This document shows, one piece after another, positions 36,121-50,577 of a DNA stretch of 64,000 bases (its first letter is position 1; each line of letters opens with the position of its first letter). The notes under the pieces are model-generated. The model saw only the letters and a list, made by a program, of their open reading frames with translations. It was not told the origin of the DNA and searched no databases. The stretch is from the human T2T-CHM13v2.0 reference genome, Homo sapiens. Location: the NCBI RefSeq assembly GCF_009914755.1, contig NC_060925.1; one strand, 5' to 3'. The position numbers and the translations under genes were made by a program.

Positions 36121-36399
36121 ACAATCTCCAAAGCAAACACAGCCAAAGCCCACTGTGGAGTATTTCCCACTCCATGGGTTTGATGACCCATACATTGTCC
36201 TGCCCTTTGACATATCTGGATTCTGGGAGCACACTTCTTTCTACCCACTATACATCATCAAAGTTATATTATTTGGCTGAAGCCAAACCTGAGCCCCTAG
36301 TGCTCATTGTCTTCTTGATCAAACTCACTGACCCATTGACTCCCCTATGTTTTAAATATTTGTTGAACTGAATTGAGTTGAATTTAACTGAATCAAATG

Positions 36400-37540
36400 G
36401 AAAATGAAGTTGAATTAAACTCTAATTAAATATTGAAGGAAAGAGTATAAGGATAAAAAAATGAAGATGTTGCTATCCTATCTCCTTTTGAGAAGTTAAT
36501 TGTATTCCAGAGGAGTGGGTACCTGCCCAGTGATCACAGGTAATTCCAGGCCATCAGAGCTGAGAATGAAGTGACGTGTACTTATAGTCAGAGCTAAAGG
36601 CACTTGTGGGTAAGAGCTGCAGACCTGAGCATCAGCTCTGGCCAGTTTTGCTAGCATGGTATCCATCATCATGATAAAGCACCTTTTCCTCTGCAAAGCC
36701 ACTTCCTCCACCCTCCACCTAGACTATGTCAGTGTCTGCTCTGACACTCTGTACCCATGACATTCCAGTTACATGTCTTCAACATTACCCTGTTCACATC
36801 CCTTTCTTCTCTTCCATTCTGGCCCCATGTTCTCTTCCAAGCACCCCTTGAATTCTGGCCTCCTTTGCTCCTGTCTGGACCAGTGCAGTCGGCTGTGCTC
36901 TAGTCTCCTTGCTCTAGGCTCTCCTTCCAACCCTCCCTGTGCATTGCTCTTAGAACCACCTTCTAAAACTCTGCTTTGATTATTCTACGCCTTTGCTCAG
37001 CAATACTCAATGATCCTTGGCTGCTTTAAAGATAAAACCTGAACTCTGAGGCTGGACATCAGAGACCTTGCATAGCCAGCTACACTCTGTTAATCTGACT
37101 TTTTCTTCCCACCTTCCATACCTGAATCCTCTCCCCTAGCCAGGCTGTCCTCTTGGTTAAGCTGCTAGGTACAGTCCAACCTAGTTTTTGCTCATGCTGT
37201 TCCCTCCACCTGTAATTCCCTCATGATTCCTCTCCTCATTCATCTATCCTCTCCTCATTCACCTATCCTGCTCCAATCTCTCCTCCTCTGGTAAGTCAGC
37301 TCAGACCAGCCAAGGCCATAGAGCTTCCATTCCCCAAGTGGTCTGGCTCTGACTAAATGTATATGCCATTTCATTCTTAGCTCTGATGGCCTAGAATTAT
37401 GTGCGACCTCTGGGCAGGCACCCATTCTTCTATGCTAAGATTAACTTTTCAAAAGAAGACAGGATAACAACATCTTTGTTTCTTCACCCGTATACTCTTT
37501 CCTTCAATATTTAATTAGGGTTTAATTCAACTTGATTTCC
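36400..37540. repeat. Inverted repeat with 101-bp arms (36400-36500 and 37440-37540) and a 939-bp spacer
   Basis: Manual ungapped alignment gives 88/101 identity between the left arm and the reverse complement of the right arm. Confidence 0.95.
36850..37300 (+). mobile_element. L2 fragment inside the inverted-repeat spacer
   Basis: ccttctaaaac...gataaaacctgaactc...tttgctcatgctgttccctccacctgtaatt. Confidence 0.6.
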
Positions 37541-38234
37541 AATTCAATCCAAACTAATCCAATCCAGTCCAATCCAACTCAGTGCCAACAAACAATGAAA
37601 AACATCTACACTGTACCAGACCCTGTGTTAAATCCTGGAGACACTGAAAGCTCCTGGCCTGGAAGCAGACACAGACTCACAGACAGATAATGATTCACAG
37701 TGGTACATTAAGAAACAACTCCACAATGCAGCAGAAACACTGGAGTGGCTGGGAGGTGGGCAGGAGTGCCCCTCAATGGCAAGGTCTTCATGCTGGGGTG
37801 AATAAGCCAGGCTGGGGATCCCTGCTCTCAAGGATCTTCTGTCGGGTGCTTTGGAAATAGCAGGAACTCAATAGATGCTTGTAGAAGCCTGAGTTAAATA
37901 AACAGCTTTCCAATTGTCTTTTCTGAGGGAGTCTCTCCCTACTATTTCCAGTCCCCATTAGGAGGTAATCAAAAGCTGACATTGAATCACAGGCAGCTGA
38001 GAGCTGGAGGGCTCTTTCAAGGCTGGATGCAGCAGCTCTTGACATGTGGGCAGAGCAAGGCCAGATGGGTTAAGTGACTTGCCAAGGTCACTCTCTCTTA
38101 AGAGGCCAGGCTAAGAAATGTCTTGGGACTCAAGCCTTTGGAAAGAAAGAGGAGAAGAAACAGCTCCATGCTGGCTAGCAGCACAGACTTTAGGCTCAAA
38201 CAGGCCTGTAGGTGCATGCTGGCTCTGGCACTCA

Positions 38235-38385
38235 CTAGCTGGGTGACAGTGCACAGGGCATGTCACCTCTTTGGGACTCAGTTTCCTCATTTCTAATTCA
38301 TCGCTCCAGGGAGTTACTATGAGATTTACATGAAATGAAATAAGATCACACTTGCACCACTTGGTTCGCAGCAGGTAAACAGTAG
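38235..38385 (+). mobile_element. MIR
   Basis: cactagctgggtgac...ctcagtttcctcattt...gagatttacatgaaatga. Confidence 0.75.
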
Positions 38386-38586
38386 CCTTCTTTAGCAGAT
38401 GAATCCAGAAGCATGTATGAATTCCATCTCTAGGGGACTCTCCAGGTCTGTCCCTGCCCCACACATCCTCACAAGGATGACTTAAGGATGAAGGCAGGGA
38501 CCAGGCAGCGGTCAGTGCCCTCAGTGGCTCTTCTCTCCCTTTTCCCTTTCCTGCTTGCTCTTTTTGTGACTTATGGCAGACCATTA

Positions 38587-38979
<393 letters not shown>

Positions 38980-40120
38980 TTATCTAAGTATCTCCAGCTC
39001 CTAGCAATGAATGAGATCCAAAGGAAAAGCCAGAGTGCGTTTGCTGGGTTTGTTGGTGGTTATCTGCTAGGTGTGTGCTCTGGGCCCTCTCTAAGGGCCT
39101 GGGACTTGAGAGGCAGGGGGTATCACATTGGAGCAAGGGTTTTCTGGAAGGCAGAGCCCAGGCTGGACTTGGAAGGCAGGGCAGCAGTGGGTCAGGTGGG
39201 TCCTACCCAGAAAAATGTGGGCAGCATTAGCTCCAGCTGGCAGAGCATGTGGGACAGGTGCAGCCACATCAGGGAGCCCAGCTTTGGGCCCGCAGCTCAT
39301 AGCCACGGGCCCCAGAGCCCATCTCCTCTTTCTGTCCTGGCAGGATGAGACAACAGCCTGGTGCTGACGTCTGCAAGCTTGGCACTGGCTGGGGTCAGCG
39401 GTCAAGTGGGTATGGCAGGGGCTGGTGTGTGTGCGAGCAGAGCTGGGCACGTGCAGGTGTCTGTGTGTGAGTGTGGGTAGAGAAGAGTGTGTGTGTGGCG
39501 GGTGAAGGTGTGAGGAGGATGAGAAGAACCAACCTTCAGCGCTCACTGCATGTCAGTGCTTGTCACTGTCATCTTGTAATCCCACATTTTACAGATTTAC
39601 ATTTTATAGGAAACTGAGGCACAAAGAGGCTACTCAGCCAGCAGGTGATAGAGATGGGATTTACACCCAGGTGGTTTGGCTCCAGTGTGTACACACTTAA
39701 CACTAGGCCACGCCATAAGCTATGTGTGTGAGTGTGCAAGTGTGAGGGTGGATGTGTTTGCAGCAGATGGAAATGTGTGAGCGTAAGGGCATGGGCAGGT
39801 GTCGGTGTGGCTTGCAGATGTGTGTGCTGCTGCTAGGGTGGGTGTTCAGTGCAGATTTGAACACTTGTGCTGCTAGAGGAGGAGCTGAGTGTGAGGCAGG
39901 GGTGAGGTGCGCTGGGGCTGAGTGAGATATGAGTGCCGCTGGGGTGCACAGGGTGTGAGTGGGTGCAGGGGTGAACATCAGCATAACCGAGTGGAACTGG
40001 GGTATGGAACACAGCCTCTTCCCCCAGGGCAGCTGTGCTGAACAAACAGACAAGAGCTTGATCCTGGGCCTCTGCCCCCCTCAACCGTTGCCCCCAGCCT
40101 AGCCAGGCCTGGCCACCCAC

Positions 40121-40378
40121 CTGTACTGTCGTCATAGACCACGGTGGCTGACCGCCACTTGAGGTACTGGACCAGGTCGAGGATGGCATGGCTGAGCGAG
40201 GCGTAGTCGGGGTAGAGGTTCACGTAGAAGGTGTCCTTGTTGTCCAGCGGGTGGTGCTTCCAACGCAGCTGGATGTGGGGCACCTCCAGGGCATTGCAGA
40301 TGGACTGGACGGCATTGGTGCAGGAGCCCTGTGATGGGCCGAAGATCGCCACCACGCCCAGTGCCAGCTGGTCACAGG
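40121..40378 (-). CDS. GRIK3: GluK3 exon 3 (258 bp, phase 1-1)
   Basis: ttgcag|CCTGTGAC ... AGTACAG|gtgggt; encodes [39 protein letters not shown]...VVYDDST. Confidence 0.97.
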
Positions 40379-40814
40379 CTGCAACAGAGGGTAGGGCAGC
40401 ACAGGGGTCAGCACTGGGGCTGTGGGTATGGGGACAGTGATGCTGATGATCCTGTAAACATGTGGGAAAAACAGCAACTGGAACCCTCGGTGGGTGCACA
40501 ATGGATGAGCTCTCTGAACCTCAGTTTCCTCATCTGAAAACAGGGGTTCTAACAGTCCCTGCCTTGCAAGACCACATGAAGGTGGAAAGACATGGTTGTG
40601 GGAGACTGGAGCACAGTGCCAGGGTACGTCCCTTTTCCTTAGGAAGTGCCCATGACAAAAGTGATCACCACATTCAATGTTACCATCCTGGGATTAGCAT
40701 CACCATCTCTGTGCCAGGTTCTGTTCTTGGGGGACTTGAGAAACAAATAGAATCAAACTGGCTGATGGTGCTTCAACTTCAACCTCTAGCCCGGCCTGTT
40801 CCCTACCCCGGACC

Positions 40815-41735
40815 TGTGCATCTCACCTCTTACTCAACATCACCAGTTGGATATCTGACATGCATATCAGATCTGACATGTCCAGCACAGGATCCCCTCT
40901 TGTCCCAACCTCCTTCACCTCCATAAACAGCAGCTCCATTGTCCCTGGACCCATATGCCAAAAACCATGGTTCTGTCTTGATTCTTCTCATTCACTCATA
41001 TCCCACACCCCAATTCATCAACAACTCCTGTGGCTTCACCTGCAAAATACATCACAACCTGACCACTTCCCGCCACTCCCAGCCCCGACTCCCATCCTGG
41101 TCCAAGCCGCCATCATCTTTGGCTTGGATTATTGCAGAAGCTTCCTCAGTCATCCTCCCTCCTGTCTATTCTGCACTCAGCAGCCAGGGTGAGACTTCCA
41201 CAGTATAAGGTAGATTACGTCACTCCTTTGCTTCAAGGGCTCCTCAGTGCAAAAGCCAAAGTCATAGCAGTGGCCAGAGATCCTGCTTGTTGTAGCTCCT
41301 CCCTTCCCTGTCCCTACCGCCACTTTTCTGACTTCGTCTCCCATCCTTCTTTCCCTCCCTCAAAGCATTCAAGCTCCTCTGGCTTCCATGATGCTCCTTG
41401 AACATGCTAAGTGCATTCCTGCCTATTTGCACGTGCTGTCCTCTCTGGCTGGAATGCTCTTCCCTCATAGAGCCTCAAGACTCCCTCCCCCTCCTCCTTG
41501 AGGCCTCTGTGTCTGTCTTACTAGGGAGGCCTTCACCGCACAATTTATAATCACAATCCCTGTCCCCCCATGCCCTGTTTATTTCCTTCTTTATTAAATG
41601 ATCACTGGAAGTCTTGTCCATTGGTTGACTTTCTCCTCCCAGTAGAATGTAAGTTCCAAAGAGGCAGGGCCTTGATCTATGTGGTTTACTGCTGTATCGA
41701 CAGTGCCGAATCATCATCTGAATGTTGAATGAATG
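40815..41735 (+). mobile_element. L2 (L2a-like) 3' 0.9 kb
   Basis: cctggtccaagccgccatcatc...gattattgc...ctggaatgctcttccc...tagaatgtaagttcc...tgttgaatgaatg tail. Confidence 0.85.
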
Positions 41736-42600
41736 CCGAATCCCTGCCTTCAAACAGTTCAGGTTCTTGCAGAGGTCCAAAAACTCAGGCAGGTGAGGCA
41801 GCAGATGCTTTCCACCGGCCTGGGATGGTAGAACATCAGTGGGCACAACAGAGCATCAAATGAGCAGACCCAGGGCAGCTGGGGCTCAAAATGGGGGATT
41901 CTGCCTAAAAGATCCATAGAAAGGGGACCTCTTAGAGTCATTCTGGGGTAGGTGGGAGAGCTCCCCAGAAGCCATTCTCTCTTCTTTTCTCAACTGTCTC
42001 TAATTTTCCTTGGGGCTTCACCCCTCTTTTCCACTGTCAACCCATTGGTGCAGAGAATGCGGCTCGCACCCAGAAAACCACTCACTGACCTTCCTAGTTC
42101 ACAGCCATGAGTTTAGAGGACATTTGTGGGCCAGTCAGAGCCAGTGGGATGCCATGAGATCCACTGGACTGAGAAAGGGGCACCTCCCTCTTTAAGTGAA
42201 CCTTCAAGGAAGTAACAGCTGGAGCTGCAGTAGCCATCTTGTGCTCATAAAGAGGGGCGCCTGTCTGTGAACATAGTCAGTGTGGGTTGAGCAGAGCCAA
42301 GAGAGAGAAAACACAGGAGTCGCCCACCAGGCAAAACCCTGGACTTAGAATTTGCATGAACCAAGACTTACGCCATTTAGGTTTTAGTTTTCCGCCAGTT
42401 GCAACCATCGGAGATCCACCAACAGAGCATGAGCAAGCTCACCTACCTGTGGACAGGGGAATGACACTATGTGCACACATATGACATCTGATGCACACAG
42501 GAGGAGGCAGGACAGAGCACCGAAGCAGGAATGAATACACTGGATTCAGTGTATTGAGGCCTGGCTGTCTCAAGGGCCTCTGGGAATGACCCACTGGGCA

Positions 42601-43260
42601 CAGGCCTACCCCTAAGATTTGCAGGGCCCAGGGCCAGAGTATAAGTGGAAGCCTACATACCATACGGCTAAATAGTTACATGCTGTTAGTCAAGCTAAAA
42701 AACTGTTAAACGAAACACGTCCTTTTCTCTTACCTTGACAAATGTACCTTCATCACAATCTGGAAAGTCAGGTGAGAATGGAGACTTCTCCTACACAGTG
42801 ACATGGGGAGAGGTAGCACCAGGACCCCATTCTCCCCCTTTCTCTTTTACCACTGGCTCCATCCTGAACCATAAGGGGCCTTGCATTCTCTGTGGAAACC
42901 CCAGCCCTTATGTCCAAACACTGTCTACACCCACTGCAAACAGCTGCCCCTTGGTCACCCTTAGGGCCTAAAAGTGCACCTCCTGCAAGTATGGCTTTCC
43001 CTCTGGAAGACAGACCCAAGGAAGAGGCCCACGCATGTCCTAGAAGTGGGCTCAGGGGCAAGTGGGCAGGAAATTCAGGGTTCTAGATCCTTAGAGGAAA
43101 GTCTGGAAGGGCAGGGCACAGGCTCCTGGTGGGTATGTCCCCTGGTCCCACTGACTCCTTGTCCCGGGAGGAGAGGCCAACCAGAGGAGGCAGAGGGCAA
43201 GACATCAAAGCACAGGCCCTGGGAAAGGGTCCCTCTCGCCTGGGCTTAAGGATGGTCCAG
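42601..43260. mobile_element. hAT-Tip100 family element (MER115-like)
   Basis: agatttgcagggcccaggg...acataccata...caagctaaaaaactgttaaa...taccttgacaaatgtaccttcat resembles the recalled MER115 consensus. Confidence 0.5.
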
Positions 43261-44439
43261 ATTGATCCAGATTGATCCAGAGGTACAGGGTAGTTTTGAA
43301 TCCATCAGAATATGTGGTCTTGGGTTGTGTTTCCTGTTGACTCACATCCACCACTCCCACTGCCTCCTGGAAATGGGAGATTTTATATAAAGAAGTTATT
43401 TTTCCTGAAATCTGTACTTCTACCAGGAACACCAGAGATTGCCACTTAAGGGCAAGGTGAAAGATATAGCAATGTGATGAGCTGGCTAGTTTTTGTTAGG
43501 GGTCTGCTGGAGCCCCCTGTAACACGGGGCAGAACAGCAGCAGTGCCAGTACAGAGGGTATCTCCTGGGCAACCCAGGATTCATTGTGGCCAAGGCCAGG
43601 TGCAGGAGAGCACATAAAACGGGGGCATGGCATCCTCCTGGTGCTTCTGTAGTTCTGGGACTGGGAGCCAAGTCGGGGAAGCACCATCTTGTTCCTGCTC
43701 TTGTCACCTTTGAGTCAACATGCCTTGGGTAGCCCTTGGTGTGAGCAGGTGTGTGAGACAAACCACAGTGATAATAAATGCTTTAAAAACAGGAACTCTG
43801 GGTTTGCTGGTGAATTGTCAAATTTAGGACTAGTTCTTTTTTCAGTTCCCTCTCCCCAAGGAGGCCATGCTCGGACCTGCACCCTCACTGCCCATTCGTG
43901 CTATTCTTCTGCCGTCTGGGGGTGTTGCATATCTTCCCCGACAACCTTGTCCCCTTCAGATTAGGCACTTCCTGAGGAAGGAGGCCATGTGTGAGTCACT
44001 CTGCAACCATGGGAGCTGGGTACCAACATGGAAGAGATGGTAACAGTGAGTGACAGCAGTCCAGGGCTTGCCCAAGCCTGAGGCCGTGGGCACCCTGTAA
44101 ACCCTGTAGGTTTCCCTCATACTCTCTCCTACCTTTGTTTTGACCCTTCTAGCTGTCCCCTGATGCCTCTGGTTTCTGTCCCACTATATTATCTGTCTAT
44201 TCTTTTTCCTGGAACACCTTCAGTTTGAAGACTTGGTTGAATGATTTGAATGTCTCATTCCCTCCCACCACCACCTCTACGCATCTGCCTCTTAGATTTC
44301 CTTCATTGATTGATGCCTTGAAGCAGTCAGGTCCAGGCTTCCCTGCCACTGCTACCATTACACGGCCTGGCCTCTTAGGTCATGTCCAAGGTCTGGGCAT
44401 GTTGTTGGACCAAGGCAAGGGAGAGTGGACCAACACAAA

Positions 44440-45005
44440 GTCTGATGATGCAGAGGATTGTAAGAGTGTTCTTCAAAGAAGTGACTTTTATTTTGACACA
44501 GACTGTGAGGATTATGACAAAGGCAACTGAAATCGTTGTGATACTAAAGACCATATTGTGAGGCTGCCAATGATGATAATGGTGACGGCATTGCTGAGGG
44601 TGAAATTAATCATGTTGATGTTGTGATAGTAATGGCGGGATGGTGATGTTGATGTTGGTGTTGATGAGACTGACAATGATAAATGTGTCGGTGCCTTCAC
44701 TGTAGTGGTGATAATGACAGGGGATGACGGGATGTCAGCATTGATGAGAGAGGAGGTGATCACAACGTTGATGGTACTGACAGTATCAGTGGGATGGTGG
44801 CAGAGATGTTGGTGCTGATGAGACTGGTGATGATGAAGATGTTGCTGTCATGGCAGTGATGGAGGTGATGACAGTGGGGGTAGTGTTGGTGGTGCTGATA
44901 TTAAGAGTGGAGATGATACCATTGTTGCTGGTGAAAACAGTAATTGTGGTGCTGGTGTACTGGTGTTGATAGTAGAGTCAATGGTGGTGATGATGATGAT
45001 GACCA
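44440..45005. repeat. Degenerate (GAT/GGT)n trinucleotide low-complexity tract
   Basis: tggtgatgttgatgttggtgttgatgag...ggtggtgatgatgatgatgac. Confidence 0.88.
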
Positions 45006-46129
45006 CACTGGGTTTCATTCTGCAAGAGATGCAGTGATTAGACTTTACTCTTGCATAGCAGGAAGCATCAGTCCTGGCCTTCACCTATTGCTTTTCCCTG
45101 GCCTCTCTCCACCTCCCCTTTCCTGTCTCCTCCATGTTCCTTCCACCCTCTGAGGACTTCCCAGCTGGGAAGAACACTGCTGCCCCCACAGGGACCAGGG
45201 CAGGGCTTACAGCAGCAGCAGCAGCTTTTCTTCCAGATGTTTCCAGGGCAGCAGCCAACTCTTGTTCTGGCAGCCCTGATCACACTGCAGTAATTACATT
45301 ATTTGTGGCTTCAATTTTAAATCCATTTTCTGGTCATTTTACAGTAACTCAATGGTTCACAGTCATTGCAGGAGTCCACAGCCTGAATGCTGTCCCCCCA
45401 CTCCCTTTCCATGGCAATTGTAGTTATGGCAAAAATTATCCCAATCAATTTGTGTCTTAAAAGGAATTGAGCAGCCCAGAGAATAAGTGAAGGCGGAGGA
45501 GCCTGGGGAGCCCTGGGTCAATTCCAGGCCCACTCCGGTCAGCCTTGGAAGAAAACACAGACACTCTCTGCGCTGCTGCTGCCTCTGGCGCTGCCTGGAA
45601 GTCACTCATCTTTTAATTTCCACAAAACATGAAAAGATAAAGACAATAAGAGAAAGTCCATTTTAACAGGGAAAGGCCCCCGGCCTCATGTGGAGGGAAG
45701 GACTAATTCAAGCAGAGCTGGCAGGGCAGGTGGTGCCAGGCTTTATGCCTCTGTGTCCCCTCCCCCCACAGGGCCCGAGGTGGCTGGATCCAGCTGGAGG
45801 GGAAGAAAGCAATGACGAGGACTTCTGTCTAGGGAAAATGAATTATTTCTGGATTAATTAGAATTTGCCCCAAGCCCCAGGTTCCTTGGAAGAGTCCTAA
45901 AGATGCCTCAGGAGAATGCTGTTTAAAAAACCAAAGATGAGAAGAAAAAATAAAGATCATGGAACATGGGGCTCTCCCTGAGGGATAGAGGGTACCCAAA
46001 GGGGAGTGTGATCCAACAGCAGGAATGTGCCAAGGTGTGACAGTGGTGTTGCCAGTCATAGCAGAGGGATGGTATCTGTCTTAGGCATGTCATCACAGGG
46101 ACATTGAGGGTTGCAGAAAGATGGCACTT

Positions 46130-46619
46130 AATTTTTTTATTGAGATATAAAATATAGTAAAGTGCATTAATGTTAAGCACATGACTGTTATGAATTTTCA
46201 CATATAATTTCATTCATACGTCATGCACTCATGTATGCTACACTATCTCAGTCAAGCTACAGAGCGTTTCCAACACCTAAGAAGGGTCTCTCTTGCTCCT
46301 TCCCAGTCAATATCCACTCACTGCACACTACTCCCTCTCCCAGAGGAAATCTCTTTTCTTTCACTCAATACTATATCTGTGAGGTTCACCTATGATGTTG
46401 AGTGGAGAAAGTTTATTCTTTTTTTAATTGCTGATTAAAATTCCATTGTATAATTATATCCGAATCTATCCATTCTCCTACTGATGGACCTTTAATTTAC
46501 TTCTAACTTTTGATTATTACCATTAAAGTGGCTAGAAACATCGTTATAGGCACAAGCTTTAGTAGATACTGCCAAATAGTTCTCCTAAGAAATGGAAGGT
46601 TTTACTCCCATCAGCATTG

Positions 46620-46620
<1 letters not shown>
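46130..46620 (-). mobile_element. Old L1M (ME/MC-like) 3' end
   Basis: tttattgagatataa...aaagtgcattaatgttaag...atccattctcctactgatggac...agatactgccaaatagtt. Confidence 0.75.
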
Positions 46621-47940
<1,320 letters not shown>

Positions 47941-48479
47941 CTTGATCTAGCTTGAGTAGGTGTCTGTTTCTTATAAACTCATGCTCCTTGACCAAGCTAA
48001 TGTTCCATCCTCCCTTTCCTGCACTCTCTCCTGCAACTCCCAGTATGGCACCTGTTGCTTCATCCACTAGATTATAAGCTCCATGGTCACAGGAACCAGC
48101 CACCTCTGTCTTAAACACTTTGGGATCCCCAGCACCTGGCACACAGTGGGCGCTCAACAGACTTCTCAAGTGCATAAACTGGCTCCTTCAAACAACTTGC
48201 ATTTTCCACTCCACCTTCTGCCTTATCCCACTCCTCACTCTTTCCCACCATCCTTCAAAACTCAACTCAAACCTCTCCTCCTCCAGGAAGCCTTCCTGCT
48301 TGTACCACAACACTTCTGTAGCTCTCTCTCATTTTCTGGTTGTTATAGTTATTGGTCCTATGACCTAGCTTCCTTGGGCATGACCTATAAAGGGCAGGGC
48401 CTTTTTTCCTGCAGGGATCGTAAGGAACAATGTTCGTTAAGTGGGTTTGACACACTTTCATTTGTGCATCCGATCAAAC

Positions 48480-49020
48480 TACCAGGACTGATTTTGTGCC
48501 TCCTGCGTGCCAGGCCCATGCCAGGTTCTATAGTGGAGCAGTAAAAAGACACGGGGGCTTGCAGACAAGTGGAAGAAATGTACAATAATCACATGACCTC
48601 TCTCTCACACACACAGGTCAGGCTTGTGAAAGAAAAGTTGAGTGTTATAAGATGAAAGCAAGGAGACCTGACCTTGTCTAGGGGTTAGGGGAGGGTCTCC
48701 CTGAGGACTGGAAGTTTGAGAAGAGAAGGATGAGTTGGCCAGGCAAAGGGCAGGAGAGGGTGGGCTGGAGAAAGGGAATTACAAGCAGAGAGGGCAGCAT
48801 GTGCGGAAGCCCAGAGGTGGGAGGAAGCATGGCACCCTGAGGAGGGCAGGTTTGGCTAGAACCCAGGGCCTAAGGGAGCAGATGGTATGGATGTGGCTGG
48901 AAGGCCAAGCTGGGGCTAGACTGGAAAGGCCCTCATGGGCTCTAATGACGATTTGGGGAAAGACCATGAGATGTTCCATCCAAGAATTTAAGAAAGCAAG
49001 TCATGTCATCTGGTTGGGGG
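48480..49020 (-). mobile_element. L2 fragment
   Basis: gtgccaggcccatgccagg...ggagacctgacct...agagggcagcatgtgcggaagcccagagg. Confidence 0.65.
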
Positions 49021-49667
49021 GAGGCGGGGAGTGGAGGGGTTGTGGCTTTGGTCACTTGGAAGCCCAGGGCTAGATTTTCAGGAGCTAGGTTTCTGTCTTG
49101 GGCCTGCTCACCAACAACTTGGCAGTTTCACATAGGGCAGGACTATAATTTCCTGGAGGAAGTAACTCCGGGAGGGCTCGGAAACTCTGCCCTGGGGTTC
49201 CCTGCCTGGCTGGGGAAGGTCCCTGTGCTGAATCACAGGTGTACCACTAGGGAGTCATTGTATTATTTTAGTAATTTTTAGCAAACATAGACAGAAAACC
49301 CAGTCTAGCTTTTTGTGGGTGGTTGTACCCACGAGGGCCTCTGCACTCTGATTCCAGGCTTTTGTTCTGTGTCCTGACCTTTTTATTGAGCAGTTTTGGT
49401 TGAGTTGAGTCATTTTCTAGCTGGACAAGGCCGGGCAGAGGGTGTTAGCATAGACTCTCAGCAGGGAGATGGACACTTCACTGCACAGGGTAGGCTGCAG
49501 GGCATGCTGGGAAAAGAGTGGCAGGGAGCAGACACAAGAGCAGAGAGAGGGGTCACGGGTGAAGGATCACTCTTCGGATGATCCAGGCTAAACCAGGGTG
49601 GGGCACCTCTTGTCTGTCTGCAGATCAGCTCTGAGATTCAGCAGAGTGGCCTCAAAAATGTCAGAAT

Positions 49668-49958
49668 GGCCAGGCACAGTGGCCTGTAATCCCAGTACTC
49701 TGGGAGGCTGAGGTGGGTAGATCACTTAAGGTCAGGAGTTCAAGACCAGCCTGGACAACATGGTGAAACCCTATCTCTACTAAAAATGCAAAAAATTAGC
49801 TGGGTGTGGTGGCATGCACCTGTAGTCCCAGCTACTCAGGAGGCGGAGAGAGGAGAATTGCTTGAACCTGGGAGGCGGAGGGTGCAGTGAGCAGAGATCG
49901 CACCACTGTACTCCAGCCTGGGCAACAGAGTGAGACTCTGTCTAAAAAAAAAAAAAAA
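49668..49958 (+). mobile_element. AluS (Sx/Sz-like)
   Basis: Full dimer with A tail; TSD aaaaatgtcag on both sides. Confidence 0.93.
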
Positions 49959-50400
49959 TGTCAGCAGTAACTGCTCTCGATATCAGGGACTCTGACTGCC
50001 AGAATACAAGGCAAGGAGAAGCAGGTGGGTGGGACACAGAAATTGGGTCTCTGACCTGGTGGCTCAGTATGTGGAGGGCAAAGAAGCCAAGTGCAATAAG
50101 AGTAAAGTCCTATATGGTACTTCCTACGTGCCAGCGCTTACTATTCTAAGCACTTTACAGAAATGCATCCATTGTGCAGATGAGAAAATTGAGGCACAGG
50201 GTATTTTGTCCAAGGTCACACAACTAATATCAGAGTTGCTAGGATGCAAGTCCAGGCAGTCTGGCTCCAAGCCCAAACCAGGTAGAAAAGGCTCTGAACC
50301 TACTTGGAGCTCTGGCCCATTCCCAGGATCTTGGACAGCAAATGCAGCGCTTCCCCTCCCCAGGCTGGGAAGAGAACAGAGGCAGGAGCTGCACACTCAC

Positions 50401-50577
50401 CCTTTTTGGTCGCCTCGAAGCTGTCATGGAAGTGAATCCTCTGTATGTCATAGGTCAAGGTTGTGTTGGGCAGCAGAGTCCTGTTCCTGTTGATGATGTT
50501 GGCAGAAAATCGAAAGGCATGCTCCTCGGCATTCATGACCTGGGCGTTGGGGCCGTCCGCATACTCGAAGATTCCTC
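50401..50577 (-). CDS. GRIK3: GluK3 exon 2 (177 bp, phase 1-1), start of the amino-terminal domain
   Basis: ttcacag|GAGGAATCTTC ... AAAAAGG|gtgagt; encodes [58 protein letters not shown]. Confidence 0.97.
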
